The position numbers and the translations under genes are program-made. Below, in pieces: positions 27,879 to 38,600 of a stretch of DNA of 64,000 bases (the first letter of the stretch is position 1; each line of letters starts with the position of its first letter). The stretch comes from Clostridiales bacterium. GTDB taxonomy: Bacteria; Bacillota; Clostridia; Saccharofermentanales; Saccharofermentanaceae. Location of the stretch: positions 7,142-71,141 of the forward strand of contig JAFZWN010000084.1 in NCBI GenBank assembly GCA_017617295.1, given 5' to 3'. Below the pieces are notes generated by a model. The model did not search any database, had not been told where the DNA came from, and worked only from the letters and a program-made list of their open reading frames with translations.

Positions 27879-27954
27879 TGGTGGAGACGGGGAGGATCGA
27901 ACTCCTGACCTCTGCAATGCGAATGCAACGCTCTCCCAGCTGAGCTACGCCCCC
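27879..27954 (-). tRNA. tRNA-Ala (anticodon CGC), CCA encoded
   Basis: Hand-folded cloverleaf. Acceptor GGGGGCG/CGUCUCC with the G3:U70 Ala identity pair. D arm GCUC-AGCUGGGA-GAGC. Anticodon arm UUGCA-UUCGCAU-UGCAG. T loop UUCGAUC. 76 nt. Confidence 0.9.
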
Positions 27955-28032
27955 AAAACGTAATCATTATATCACTTTTGCAAAAAATTATCGTGATATA
28001 ATTTTTGAAGGGTATCTTCCGGGAGGTGACAT

Positions 28033-28926
28033 ATGGGATTACTGGCTATGAATGCAAAAAGAGCCGAGAAAAAAAGGCTCGAATTTATAAGCAGATGTAA
28101 GGCATACGACACTCCCAGGCTCGAGAACGAGGTCTTCCCTGACGGCGTTACCGTCATGAAGGATATCTCTTACGATGAGACGGAAGGTGTAAACGGCCTT
28201 CTGGATATCTATTTCCCGGGAACGGCAAAAGAGCGCTTTGACGAGGCGTTTTTCCTTATCCACGGCGGCGCTTTTGTATACGGGAGCAAAGAGCTCGACC
28301 AGAATTACGGGATGCATCTGGCTCTGCGGTCCGGCCTTCCCGTTATCAATATCAACTATACCCTGATGCCCGGCAAGGATCTCTCCGGAGTATGCGAAGA
28401 GATATGTGCCGCGCTTAATTTCCTTGCGCGCGAATACGGGATAGCGAAGATACATACGACAGGGGATTCCGCGGGCGGATATCTGGCTCTGATCACTGCG
28501 CTTTTCTGTAATGATGACAAGATGCGCGATGAGCTTCATATAAAGACAGATCCGATGGTTAACTGCCTGTCAGGCAACATGATCTGCGGCGGCTTCAAAC
28601 GGGATAAGAACGACTGGAGCAGGTTCTTTATGGATCCTTCGGGCAGGTGTCCGGATTATATATATGACATGGGAAAGGCCGTGGTCATGTCTTTCGGGAG
28701 GACACATAAGATACCTCTGTGCAACGTCACGGGCGACAGGGATTCCATGCTCCGGGAATGCCGTTATCTTCAGAAGATATGCGAGAAGGAAGGCATCGGC
28801 TGCAGGTTCTATAACGGCAAGTCTTCCGGGGAACGCAAGATGTACCATGTCTATCCGATATCTCATCCCGAGTGGCCGGAATCTCAGGAAATCATAGGAA
28901 TGTTCGCGGAAAATGCCAAAGCTTAA
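28033..28926 (+). CDS. alpha/beta hydrolase (HSL-type esterase/lipase)
   Basis: 297 aa. Oxyanion motif HGGAFVYGS and nucleophile elbow GDSAGG. GGGAGG lies 6 nt upstream. Confidence 0.8.
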   Translation: MGLLAMNAKRAEKKRLEFISRCKAYDTPRLENEVFPDGVTVMKDISYDETEGVNGLLDIYFPGTAKERFDEAFFLIHGGAFVYGSKELDQNYGMHLALRSGLPVININYTLMPGKDLSGVCEEICAALNFLAREYGIAKIHTTGDSAGGYLALITALFCNDDKMRDELHIKTDPMVNCLSGNMICGGFKRDKNDWSRFFMDPSGRCPDYIYDMGKAVVMSFGRTHKIPLCNVTGDRDSMLRECRYLQKICEKEGIGCRFYNGKSSGERKMYHVYPISHPEWPESQEIIGMFAENAKA

Positions 28927-30994
28927 GTCCAAGGAAAAAAGACCGCTTGGCATCGTGTCGCCGTATCTGTTTGCGGCGGCTGTTTTATGGTACGAGACCC
29001 TGTTCGCTGTAACCGTTACGGGCAGCATGCGATCGGTCCCGCACTTTATCCTTATGTCTCTTGTGCTGTCGCTTCCGATCACTGTCCTTCTTGCCTTTAT
29101 AAGAGGAAAGGGGAGATATATCACCGCGGCGGTCCTCTCGGCAGTTTACGCGGTCCCGTTTCTTGTTGAATACTTTATCTACATGCAGTTTAAGACCGTT
29201 TACGATATTAACACTGTTACAAACGGCGGTGCCGACGCGCTTACGGGATTCTCTGATACGATCCGCGAACTCGTGGTATCGGTTCCCGGGATAACCACTA
29301 TCTTACTCTATGCGCTTCCCTGTATCGGCTTTACCGTTGCCGCGGTAAGAGGAAAAGGGAGGAGCGAACTCCCCATGCCCGCGGTCATAACGGCGGCGGT
29401 ACTGATCCCCGTCTGCTTCTTCGGTAATTACTTCCTGGTCAGATCGTCAGAAGAAGACATGTCTGCTTCCAAAGGTGAATATAACTTTTCCAAAGCGGTC
29501 GAGAGCTTCGGCCTGATCGAAGGCCTGAGACTCGATATAGTTAATACGGGAGTAACATCCGATCCGGAGATAACTTTCGGGGAGGGAAACGAGGCTGAAC
29601 TTGCCCTTCCTACACCGACATCCACACCGACCCCGACTCCCGCTCCTACGCGCGCCCCGTCGGCGACACCCACACCCACTCCGACTCCGACGCCCGAACC
29701 TGTACCTCAGGTCATGGATATCGACTTCGACGCTCTGATCGAGAGCAGCAGCGGCACTATAAGAAACCTTAACGAATACGTGGCTTCACTGACGCCTTCG
29801 ATGACCAATGAGTACACGGGGATCTTTCGGGGCAAGAACCTTATCATGATCACGGCCGAGGCATTTACCGCCGAGGTCATAGATCCCGAGCTGACTCCGA
29901 CTCTATATCGGATGGCGACAAGAGGCATAAATTTCACCGACTTTTATGTGCCCGCCACGGCAGGAACGACCGGCGGCGAGTTCTCGCATATCTTCGGGTT
30001 GCTGCCGACTGCCGGAGGCGCTTCGGTCCCCATAATGACCGGCAACAACGATATCCATTTCACGATGAGCTATCTTCTCGGACAGGAAGGATACTGGGGT
30101 CAGGCATATCACAATAACGACTATACATATTATTCCCGTAACATCACCCATAATGCGATGGGATTCTCGGAAGGCTTCATGGGATGGGGCAACGGAATGG
30201 AGGAATATGTCGTTCCGACCTGGCCCGAGAGCGACCTCGAGATGTTTACGGGAACGGTGCCTCTTTATATCCATAACTCTCCGTTCAACGCATACTACAT
30301 GACTGTCAGCGGACACAGTAACTACAGCCGCGGAGCTAATGCCATGAGCAGGGCGCACTGGGATGAGACCGCCTTTATGGAGGAGGCTTCTTCGGAAAGA
30401 GTAAGGGCATATATCGCCGCGAATCTCGAGCTCGAGTATTCCATGGCGTATCTTCTCGAACAGCTCGAAAACGAGGGGATACTGAACGATACCGTCATCG
30501 TCATCTGTGCCGATCACTATCCCTACGGACTGGACCGTAATGCGGGTCCGGGCTATATGCCTTACCTGTCGGAACTTTACGGATACGAAGTGACAAATAT
30601 GGTCGAGAGGGATCATAACAGATGCATCATCTGGAGCGGATGTCTGGAGGATTCCGATCCCATCATCGTCGATACCCCGACATCGAGCATAGATATCCTT
30701 CCGACGCTACTGAACCTTTTCGGGCTTACCTGGGACAGCCGTCTGCTTCCCGGGCGCGACGTGCTCTCGGATGCGATGCCCCTGATGTTTAATCTGAACT
30801 ACGACTGGAAGACCGAATACGGCACATATATCAGTTCGCGTAACGAATTCATTCCGGTATCGGAAGACATCGAGATCCCCGAAGGTTATGTCGAGGCGAT
30901 AAGAGAGATCGTCCGCGACAAGATACAGTACTGCAGGGGCGTAATAGGTTCGCACTATTTCTCGTATCTTTTCCCGCTCGAACCCGACGGCTGA
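28913..30994 (+). CDS. LTA-synthase/sulfatase family membrane protein
   Basis: 693 aa. About 5 N-terminal TM helices, then a PTPTSTPTPTPAP.. linker. The extracellular sulfatase-like domain has NLIMITAEAFT and CADHYPYG. Confidence 0.75.
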   Translation: MPKLKSKEKRPLGIVSPYLFAAAVLWYETLFAVTVTGSMRSVPHFILMSLVLSLPITVLLAFIRGKGRYITAAVLSAVYAVPFLVEYFIYMQFKTVYDINTVTNGGADALTGFSDTIRELVVSVPGITTILLYALPCIGFTVAAVRGKGRSELPMPAVITAAVLIPVCFFGNYFLVRSSEEDMSASKGEYNFSKAVESFGLIEGLRLDIVNTGVTSDPEITFGEGNEAELALPTPTSTPTPTPAPTRAPSATPTPTPTPTPEPVPQVMDIDFDALIESSSGTIRNLNEYVASLTPSMTNEYTGIFRGKNLIMITAEAFTAEVIDPELTPTLYRMATRGINFTDFYVPATAGTTGGEFSHIFGLLPTAGGASVPIMTGNNDIHFTMSYLLGQEGYWGQAYHNNDYTYYSRNITHNAMGFSEGFMGWGNGMEEYVVPTWPESDLEMFTGTVPLYIHNSPFNAYYMTVSGHSNYSRGANAMSRAHWDETAFMEEASSERVRAYIAANLELEYSMAYLLEQLENEGILNDTVIVICADHYPYGLDRNAGPGYMPYLSELYGYEVTNMVERDHNRCIIWSGCLEDSDPIIVDTPTSSIDILPTLLNLFGLTWDSRLLPGRDVLSDAMPLMFNLNYDWKTEYGTYISSRNEFIPVSEDIEIPEGYVEAIREIVRDKIQYCRGVIGSHYFSYLFPLEPDG

Positions 30995-31016
30995 AAAAGA
31001 GGCATAGAAAAACCTC

Positions 31017-31044
31017 TTGCCAAGATCTTTCCTCAGTGTATAAT
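31017..31044 (+). promoter_or_regulatory. sigma-A type promoter of the FMN riboswitch-ribU unit
   Basis: TTGCCA (31017-31022), 16-nt spacer, TATAAT (31039-31044). Confidence 0.6.
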
Positions 31045-31200
31045 CTTAATCGTATCCAAGGCGGGGTGTAAGTCCCCACCGGCGGTGATCCTCCCGCACA
31101 TAGCGGCGCAGGCAAGTCCGCGACTCCCGTAAAATCTTAATGCGGGACTGACTCGGTGAGATTCCGGGACCGACGGTTAAAGTCCGGACGGAAGGAGTTG
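31045..31200 (+). promoter_or_regulatory. FMN riboswitch (RFN element)
   Basis: Conserved RFN blocks GGCGGGGTG.AAGTCCCCACCGGCGGT, AGTCCGCGA and GGTGAGATTCCGGGACCGACGGTTAAAGTCCGGA. The 3' closing strand runs into the SD GGAAGGAG of the next gene. Confidence 0.9.
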
Positions 31201-31207
31201 TTTTTTT

Positions 31208-31852
31208 ATGTCCCAAAATTCCCAGAAGCTGCCTCAAAAGGCAAATGTATCATTATCCCTGAAGCTCGCTTGCGGCGCGGTAATGACGGCTTTGTCAGTC
31301 GTTCTCATGTACATGGAAGTCGCGCTTCCCTTCATGCCGCCGTTTCTGAAGTTCGACTTCTCGGAGATCCCCGTTTTAGTCGGTTCGTTCACTCTCGGCC
31401 CCTGGTACGGCGTGGCGATCGAGCTTCTTAAGAACCTTATCCATCTGCCTGTTACGGCCACCTCCGGTATCGGCGAGATGAGTAACTTCATCACGGGAAG
31501 TATCTATGTCTTCACTGCAGGTGCGGTATATTCCAGAAAGAGGACCATGAAGGGCGCCATCATCGCAATGACGGTCGGAACCATCGCTCTTGCGGTCATC
31601 GCATGCCCGTTCAACTATTTCATTACGCTTCCTCTGTACGGATCGATCTGCCACTTTACGACAGAGGCCATCGTCGGCATGAGCCAGGCAGTCAATCCCT
31701 ACATCACCGACAAGACGAGCCTCATCCTCTGGGGCTTCCTGCCTTTCAATATCTTTAAGGGCGCCGTTGTCGGATTCTTCACTTTCTGGATCTATAAGCC
31801 CATCTCAAGGCTTATAAACAGCATCCACGAGAAGACTCACAAGAAGAGCTGA
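31208..31852 (+). CDS. ribU: ECF-transporter S component, riboflavin (RibU/FmnP type)
   Basis: 214 aa with ~6 TM helices. It sits immediately behind the FMN riboswitch. S-component-like N-terminus ..ALSVVLMYMEVALPFMPPFLKFDFSEIPVLV. Confidence 0.8.
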   Translation: MSQNSQKLPQKANVSLSLKLACGAVMTALSVVLMYMEVALPFMPPFLKFDFSEIPVLVGSFTLGPWYGVAIELLKNLIHLPVTATSGIGEMSNFITGSIYVFTAGAVYSRKRTMKGAIIAMTVGTIALAVIACPFNYFITLPLYGSICHFTTEAIVGMSQAVNPYITDKTSLILWGFLPFNIFKGAVVGFFTFWIYKPISRLINSIHEKTHKKS

Positions 31853-31873
31853 ATCGTAAAAGGATAAATAATC

Positions 31874-31917
31874 AGATCCAATATGCCGGTGTCTTGGGCG
31901 GTGTATCGGATCTTTTT
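31874..31917 (+). terminator. probable terminator between convergent genes
   Basis: AGATCCAAT ... ATCGGATCT imperfect stem followed by TTTTT. Confidence 0.45.
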
Positions 31918-31928
31918 CGTAATGATTT

Positions 31929-32834
31929 TTACTCGTCTTCTCCGGGCATTATCTGGCATCTGCCGTAGTATGCCTCCAAAGACATGTCGTTCTCGTAAAG
32001 GTATGTGGCCAGTTCCACTCCGAGGTATCTGTAGTGCCAGGCCTCGACGTCGTAACCGGTCTCATATCTGTACTGCTCCTGAAAGCGTCTTACAAAACCG
32101 AATTCGTGGCAGTGCTCGTTGACCCAGCGGCCGGTCGTGGTCTCTCCGAATTCGTCGAGGATCTCGTACACGCCTTCGGGAGTGATGTCCAAAGCCAGCC
32201 CGAGCTGGTGTTCGGATCTGCCGGGAAGGGCATTCTTGCGCACGGCGAATTCTATTCCTCTCAGGTTCCTTGATCTGTCGAAAAGATACTGCTGGATATT
32301 CGCATCCCTGTAGCCGGAGACGAGGAAGAGTCCCTGTCCCGTCGCTTCGCGGCATGCATCGTACATGGCTTCCCATGCCTCACATGCTTCTGCTCTGATC
32401 TGCTGGTTCATGGAGTGCGGTGCGAGCACCAGATCCGGCGGTACATAGTCCAGCGGAAGCGCATAGTATTTGTTTATGAGTACGGTGATGTCTTCGGGGT
32501 TATCGACTATCTGAGCGGTGACCGATCTGGCGTCAACAAAGCCGTTGTACCAGGTCTCCTCGAACTGCGGGAGCACATACTCCGGCACGGGTGTCGGAGT
32601 GGGCGTCGGAAGCGGTGTCGGAGAAGGTGAAGGCGACGGTGTCGGCGTGGGCGTCGATGTAAGGGTCGGAGTCGCTTCTGCCGTCGTATCGGATGCGGAC
32701 GGAATGACGAAAGTGTCATCCGTTACTTTCGCCTCACATGATGTCATCTGCAAAAGAAAAGCGGCGGCCGTGACAACCGCCGCTGCCTTGACCGGTACTT
32801 TATCTGTCCTTGTATTCTTCACAGGTCTTCTCAT
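31929..32834 (-). CDS. M15-family D-alanyl-D-alanine carboxypeptidase (VanY-like), lipoprotein
   Basis: 301 aa. Signal + lipobox (..LLQMTSC), then a TPTPTPSPSPSPTP linker. Motifs SGYRD, GRSEHQLGLALD and EAWHYRY. Confidence 0.8.
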   Translation of the reverse strand: MRRPVKNTRTDKVPVKAAAVVTAAAFLLQMTSCEAKVTDDTFVIPSASDTTAEATPTLTSTPTPTPSPSPSPTPLPTPTPTPVPEYVLPQFEETWYNGFVDARSVTAQIVDNPEDITVLINKYYALPLDYVPPDLVLAPHSMNQQIRAEACEAWEAMYDACREATGQGLFLVSGYRDANIQQYLFDRSRNLRGIEFAVRKNALPGRSEHQLGLALDITPEGVYEILDEFGETTTGRWVNEHCHEFGFVRRFQEQYRYETGYDVEAWHYRYLGVELATYLYENDMSLEAYYGRCQIMPGEDE

Positions 32835-33543
32835 AGTTCTCGACTGTTCCTATATCGATGCATGTTCCGTCGCCGATAAAGGCGTAGACAGGCATCTTCT
32901 TATAGAGCCATGAAGGGAAGTTGCCGGGAGCATCCGGCGAATTGCCTTCGGCTATGTATTCCTTGAAAAGAGGAAGGATCTCTCTGCCGTAGAAATACGT
33001 GGCATAGATACCCCACTCGCTCTTGGGCTCTACGGGCTTCTCCTCCATATCGAGTACCCTGCCCGAATCGTCCAGTACCGCGATGGCCAGCTTCTGTCTC
33101 TGATGGAGCTCGGGGACCTTGATGGCGATCAGCGTGGGAGCGTTCTTCTCGCGGAAGAAATTATACATATTCTCGATGCTGTAAGTAAAGATATTATCAC
33201 CTGCCAGAATGCAGATATCCTCATCGATATCTTCCTGTTCTATTGTGTAGATTATGTCGCCTATGGCGCCTCTCTTGTTCGAGTCGTCAGTAGTACCGTC
33301 GTTGATGACCTTTATCGGAGCCTTGCCCTCACGGTCACAGGATTCTGCCCACGAAGAGAACTGGTCCGCGAACCTGTCGTTTGTGATGAGAACGACCTTG
33401 GAAACGTCCGGGATCTTATCCACGGAATCCATGATGTAATCGATAATGAGCCTGCTTCCCAAAGGCAAGAGGGACTTGGGCTTATCCTTGGTGAGCGGGT
33501 AGAGTCTGGTTGCATATCCTGCGGCCAGTAATATAGCGATCAT
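32800..33543 (-). CDS. sugar-phosphate nucleotidyltransferase
   Basis: 247 aa with the N-terminal motif MIAILLAAGYATRLYPLTKDKPKSLLPL. Confidence 0.8.
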   Translation of the reverse strand: MIAILLAAGYATRLYPLTKDKPKSLLPLGSRLIIDYIMDSVDKIPDVSKVVLITNDRFADQFSSWAESCDREGKAPIKVINDGTTDDSNKRGAIGDIIYTIEQEDIDEDICILAGDNIFTYSIENMYNFFREKNAPTLIAIKVPELHQRQKLAIAVLDDSGRVLDMEEKPVEPKSEWGIYATYFYGREILPLFKEYIAEGNSPDAPGNFPSWLYKKMPVYAFIGDGTCIDIGTVENYEKTCEEYKDR

Positions 33544-33675
33544 AGAGAATCCCCTTTTTTCATCCTTTCAATAAAATTTTATTAATTATACACCAAAACA
33601 AAAGGACATGCAGAAGAATTTGTAATATAATTGGGAATTGATGATTTGATTATTTTTCATTTAGAGGAGAATGTT

Positions 33676-35085
33676 ATGGATATTTGCGCTGTGGTAATGG
33701 CAGCCGGTGACGGTAAGAGGATGAAGTCTGCACACTCCAAGGTAGTGCAGCAGGTGGCAGGTAAGCCCATCATACAATGGGTATCCGATGCTCTCTGCAA
33801 GTCCGGTTGTACGGAGCAGGTATATATAGTCGGAGATAAGCAGGAAGAGATCAGGGACGTGCTCGGAGAGGGTGTCGCTTATGTCTTCCAGGAGCAGAGG
33901 CTCGGTACGGGTCACGCCGTCATGCAGGCCGCTCCTTTCCTGGAGGGAAGGGACGGATGCGTCATAGTGCTTCCGGGCGATTCCCCGATGGTCAGCGAAG
34001 AGACGATCAACAAGGCAGTCAAGGCAATGGAAGACGGGGATTATGCCGCGGTCGTCATCACTGCCGTAGCAGAAGATCCCAGAGATATGGGACGTGTCGA
34101 AAGAGACAGTAACGGAAACGTTCTCGCGATCGTCGAGGACCGCGACTGCACTCCCGAGCAGAAGAAGATAAAAGAGATCAATTCCTCGATGTATATCTTC
34201 AAGACATCGCTCCTTCTGTCAGCACTCGGAAGGCTCTCCGCACAGAATGCGCAGAAGGAATATTATCTTACCGACACCATCGGGATCCTTATCGGAGACG
34301 GATATACCGTAGGTTCCGTCATCTGTGATTTTGAGGATACCATGGGTGTCAATGACAGGCTCCAGCTCATGCAGGCAAGCCGCATAATGAACAGAAGGAT
34401 ACTTAGAAAGCACATGGCAAACGGCGTTCAGATCGCCGACGAGAATTCGGTTTGGATCCACTCTGCAGTCGAGATAGGACAGGATACGATAATCCTTCCC
34501 GGAACGACTCTCATGGGCAATACAGTTATCGGTAAGGACTGCATCATCGGCGAGAATACGAGACTCGACAGCGTCGAGGTCGGAGACGGTACGGTCATCG
34601 ACTATTCCGTTGCTTCTCAGTGCGTTATCGGCAAGGACTGCCGTATCGGACCTTTCTCCCACATCAGACCCGCCACGAGGATCAACGATCACGTTACGAT
34701 CGGCGCATATGTCGAGGTCAAGAATTCCACGATCGACGACTACACCAGAGCAAGACACCTTACGTATATCGGCGACTCCACGGTCGGCAAGAACGTCAAC
34801 TTCGGATGCGGTACGGTAACCTGTAACTACGACGGTCAGGATAAGGTCGGATGTACTATCGAGGACAACGTCTTCATCGGAGGTAATTCCAATATCCTTT
34901 CGTCCGTTAATCTCGGTAAGGACAGCTATATCGCCGCAGGTTCGACTATCACTTCCGACGTTCCCGCTCTGGGACTCGGCATCGGAAGATCCAAGCAGGT
35001 CAACAAGGATGAGTGGGTCGCCAAGTCCAACCGTCTCCGCGGAGCCAACTTCATCAAGCTGGACAACAAGAGATCAGAGGTGTAA
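33676..35085 (+). CDS. glmU: bifunctional UDP-GlcNAc pyrophosphorylase / GlcN-1-P N-acetyltransferase
   Basis: MAAGDGKRMKS nucleotidyltransferase motif and C-terminal hexapeptide repeats. AGGAG lies 7 nt upstream of ATG 33676 (track start 33631 is unsupported). Classic position before pth-mfd. Confidence 0.9.
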   Translation: MDICAVVMAAGDGKRMKSAHSKVVQQVAGKPIIQWVSDALCKSGCTEQVYIVGDKQEEIRDVLGEGVAYVFQEQRLGTGHAVMQAAPFLEGRDGCVIVLPGDSPMVSEETINKAVKAMEDGDYAAVVITAVAEDPRDMGRVERDSNGNVLAIVEDRDCTPEQKKIKEINSSMYIFKTSLLLSALGRLSAQNAQKEYYLTDTIGILIGDGYTVGSVICDFEDTMGVNDRLQLMQASRIMNRRILRKHMANGVQIADENSVWIHSAVEIGQDTIILPGTTLMGNTVIGKDCIIGENTRLDSVEVGDGTVIDYSVASQCVIGKDCRIGPFSHIRPATRINDHVTIGAYVEVKNSTIDDYTRARHLTYIGDSTVGKNVNFGCGTVTCNYDGQDKVGCTIEDNVFIGGNSNILSSVNLGKDSYIAAGSTITSDVPALGLGIGRSKQVNKDEWVAKSNRLRGANFIKLDNKRSEV

Positions 35086-35088
35086 TCC

Positions 35089-35622
35089 ATGTGGCTTATC
35101 GCCGGACTCGGTAACCCCGGGGACAAATATGCCTACACATGGCATAACTGCGGTTTCCTTACGGCCGAGCTCCTGGCTGACCGTAATAACATCACGCTCG
35201 ATAAGAGCAAGTTCAAGGGAACATACGGCAAAGGAAAGATCGCGGGCAAGGATGCGATCATCTTAAAACCGTCCACTTTCATGAACCTCTCCGGCGAATC
35301 GATACTTCCCGCAGCGGCTTTCTTTAAGGTCGAGCCGAAGCATATAATCGTCATCTACGACGATATCGACATCGCCATCGGAAGCATAAGGGTGAGATCC
35401 AAGGGAAGCGCGGGAACTCACAACGGGATGAGATCGGTCATCAAGTGCCTCTCGACCCAGGATTTCCCCAGAGTAAGGATCGGAACCGGTCCCGTACCCG
35501 AGAGATGGGATCTGGTGGATTATGTCCTCTCGGAGATACCCAAAGATATCAGACAGACGGTCTACGCGTCTTTTGAGGATGCCGCGGCCGCATGTGAGAA
35601 ATATATAGCAGAGAACGACTGA
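35089..35622 (+). CDS. pth: peptidyl-tRNA hydrolase
   Basis: 177 aa. LIAGLGNPG..Y..TWHNCGF and GTHNGMRS motifs. Confidence 0.92.
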   Translation: MWLIAGLGNPGDKYAYTWHNCGFLTAELLADRNNITLDKSKFKGTYGKGKIAGKDAIILKPSTFMNLSGESILPAAAFFKVEPKHIIVIYDDIDIAIGSIRVRSKGSAGTHNGMRSVIKCLSTQDFPRVRIGTGPVPERWDLVDYVLSEIPKDIRQTVYASFEDAAAACEKYIAEND

Positions 35623-35627
35623 GCATA

Positions 35628-38600
35628 ATGGAAGGATCCGTATCAGAACTCCTTAGACTGATCGAGAATGACAGGGGACTTATTGACGCGCAGGACAGAT
35701 GCGAACGTCAGGTCTCCCATCTTAACGTGTCCGGAATGTGCGAGCAGAACAAGGGATTCCTGGCCGCATCGCTTTCCGCACGCAAGTCAAAGCTCCCGGT
35801 CATCATAGTTCCCGACCCTGCCAGAGCCAGGGTGTTCGCCGATTATATCGCGCCTTTCGTGGACGGGAGAACAGTAATACTTTCACCCGCTGAGATGTCT
35901 CTTGTATCGGCCGTCGCCAGATCCAGAGAGAACGACAGCGACAGGGCAGGAGAGATCTCGCTTATATCATCGGGCAGGTTCGGCGCAGCGATCATCTGCG
36001 CATCTGCCCTTACCAACCGCATGATATCCCCCCGGGAGTGGAACGGCTTCGTACTGCATCTCAGGACGGGTGACAGATACGAACCCGCCGATCTCATTAC
36101 GGCTCTGACGGGAATGGGTTACGAACGCACGGGAACGGTCTCCGTACCCGGCGAATTCTCTTCCAGAGGAGACGTTATAGACATCTATCCTCCGGATATG
36201 GGCAAGCCCGTGAGACTGAGCTTCTTTGACGATGAGATCGACAGGATCGCGACGTTCGATCCCGAGACCCAGCGTTCGGAGGATCAGTTTACAAAGACGG
36301 AAATTTTCCCTGCGGTCGAGTATCTGTGGAAAAAGGAGAAAAGAGGCTCTCTTGCTCAGAAGATCCGCTTGAGCGGTGCGGGTGACATCAATGCCATGAA
36401 CGCATCTTCGAGGACCGGCGTCGGGGAGCTTTTAAACAGGACGGTAAAGGCGGACGCCGAAGCGATGGAGACGGGAAGTCCGATCTCGGGTATCGCCAGA
36501 TGGCTGCCGATAATCTATGACGAGCCCTCCTCGATCCTTGACTACATCAATACGAATACATGCATGGTCTTTATCGATGAGATAATGGAATGCAGGAGCA
36601 GGATGGATGCATATGCGGCCGACTATATGGCCAGATGCAAGAATGCTTTTGAGACCGGGACCGCGCCCAAGTGCGCTTTCGAATCGCTCCTTCCGTCTCC
36701 CGAAGCATTTAAGAGGCTCGATAAGATCGGATGCGTCACTACGCTCTCGTGCCTTCCTTCATCGGGCAACGGACTTCCCGGAGGAATTACGGTGAAGGCG
36801 TCTTCCGCCTCCGCGGAGAACTGGAGAGGAAGGGACAGGGAGCTCGCTTCCTATGTAAAGAACAAAGAGTATAAGAGCACAGTCAGATTCCTTATAACGG
36901 GAACACAGAGGACCGAAGCGCTGAGGCTCAGGCTGGCCGGCGAGGGCATAGCTCCTCAGATAGTCGGACGCGCCCTTCCGTCGGGATTCGATTACCCGGG
37001 AGCAGGTCTTATCCTGATCGGTGAACAGGATGTTTTCGGAAGCGAAAAGAAGATGAGCTCTCCGAAGAAAAAGACCGGAAGGCTGAACTTTTTCGGTGAC
37101 GTCAAGCCGGGTGATTATGTCGTTCACGACGTGCACGGAATCGGTCAGTACGAAGGCACGGTCAACATGCGCATGGGCAAGTCATGCCAGGATTATCTCA
37201 AGATAAACTATGCGAAGAACGCGGTCATATACGTGCCTGTCGACAAGCTCGACAAGCTCCAGAAATATGTCGGTCCCGGCGGCAAGCAGCCGAAGCTCTC
37301 CTCCCTTGATTCAGGCGAGTGGACCAAGGCCGTTGAGCGCGCCAGATCCTCGATCAAGAAACTGGCTTTTGACCTGGTCAAGCTCTATGCGGTCAGACGC
37401 TCGGGAAAGGGATTCTCATGCGAGCCCGATAACGAGTGGCAGAAGATGTTCGAGGAGAACTTCCCCTATGTCGAGACAGATGATCAGCTCTCCGCCATAA
37501 GAGACATCAAGAAGGATATGGAAAGCGACGTCCCGATGGACAGGCTCCTGTGCGGAGACGTCGGATTCGGAAAGACGGAGGTGGCTTTCCGCGCGATGTT
37601 CAAGTGCGTCCAGAACGGCAAGCAGGCATTCATGCTCGCCCCGACGACGCTTCTTGCACAGCAGCATTACGACAATTTCATCTCGAGGGTCAGAGGTTTC
37701 CCGGTCAAGGTGGCGCTCCTGTCGAGATTCGTTCCGCCTTCCAAGATCAGACAGAGCCTCAAGGAGATCAAGGACGGTTCGGTGGATGTCGTTATCGGCA
37801 CGCACAGGATACTCTCGAAAGATGTCATCCCCCACGATCTGGGACTTCTCGTGGTCGATGAGGAACAGCGTTTCGGAGTCAATCACAAAGAGCAGATAAA
37901 GGCGATGAGATCCAATATCGACGTTCTTACCCTGACTGCGACTCCCATCCCCAGGACGCTCCACATGTCGATGTCCGGCATCAGGGATATCTCTGTCCTT
38001 GACGAAGCTCCGATGAACCGCCGTCCGGTCGAGACATATGTCCTCGAATATGACGAGGAGATAGTGGTCCAGGCCTGTATGAGAGAGATCTCGAGGGGCG
38101 GCCAGGTCTTCTACCTCTATAACAAGACCGCAGATATTGACGAAAAGGCATCGTATCTGGGAAGCCTCATGCCGGGAGTCAGAGTCGTCTATGCACACGG
38201 CAAGATGAGCGAGCATCAGATGGAGAAGATCGTCGAATCCTTTATCCTGGGCGAAGCGGATATCCTCGTCTGCACGACGATAATCGAGTCCGGCGTCGAT
38301 ATGCCGAACGTCAATACCATGATAGTCGAGGACTCCGACAGGTTCGGCCTGTCCCAGCTCTATCAGATAAAAGGCCGTGTCGGAAGATCCGACAGGCAGG
38401 CGTACGCATACATAACCTACGATCCGGAGAAGAGCATGAATTCCGACGCGCAGAAACGTCTGATGGCGATCCGGGAATTCACCGAGCTGGGCTCGGGCGT
38501 AAAGGTCGCTCTCCGCGACCTCGAGGTAAGAGGCGCAGGTAATCTCCTGGGCGCCGAACAGCACGGCCAGATGGAAGTCATCGGTTACGAGCTCTACTGC

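Noticed and set aside
27728-27967. Track ORF overlapping tRNA-Ala; likewise 39194-39424 overlapping tRNA-Arg.
   Set aside because: The tRNA cloverleaves explain the sequence. The ORFs lack an SD and have junk composition.
33631-33675. 5' extensions of track ORFs: glmU 33631, flavodoxin-like 43408, deaminase 58317, double GNAT 61320, SDR 22748, guaD 53671, XRE 41764, membrane protein 18417.
   Set aside because: In each case an internal Met has a proper SD, or forms an ATGA coupling with the upstream gene. The extension overlaps a neighbouring gene, promoter box or terminator.
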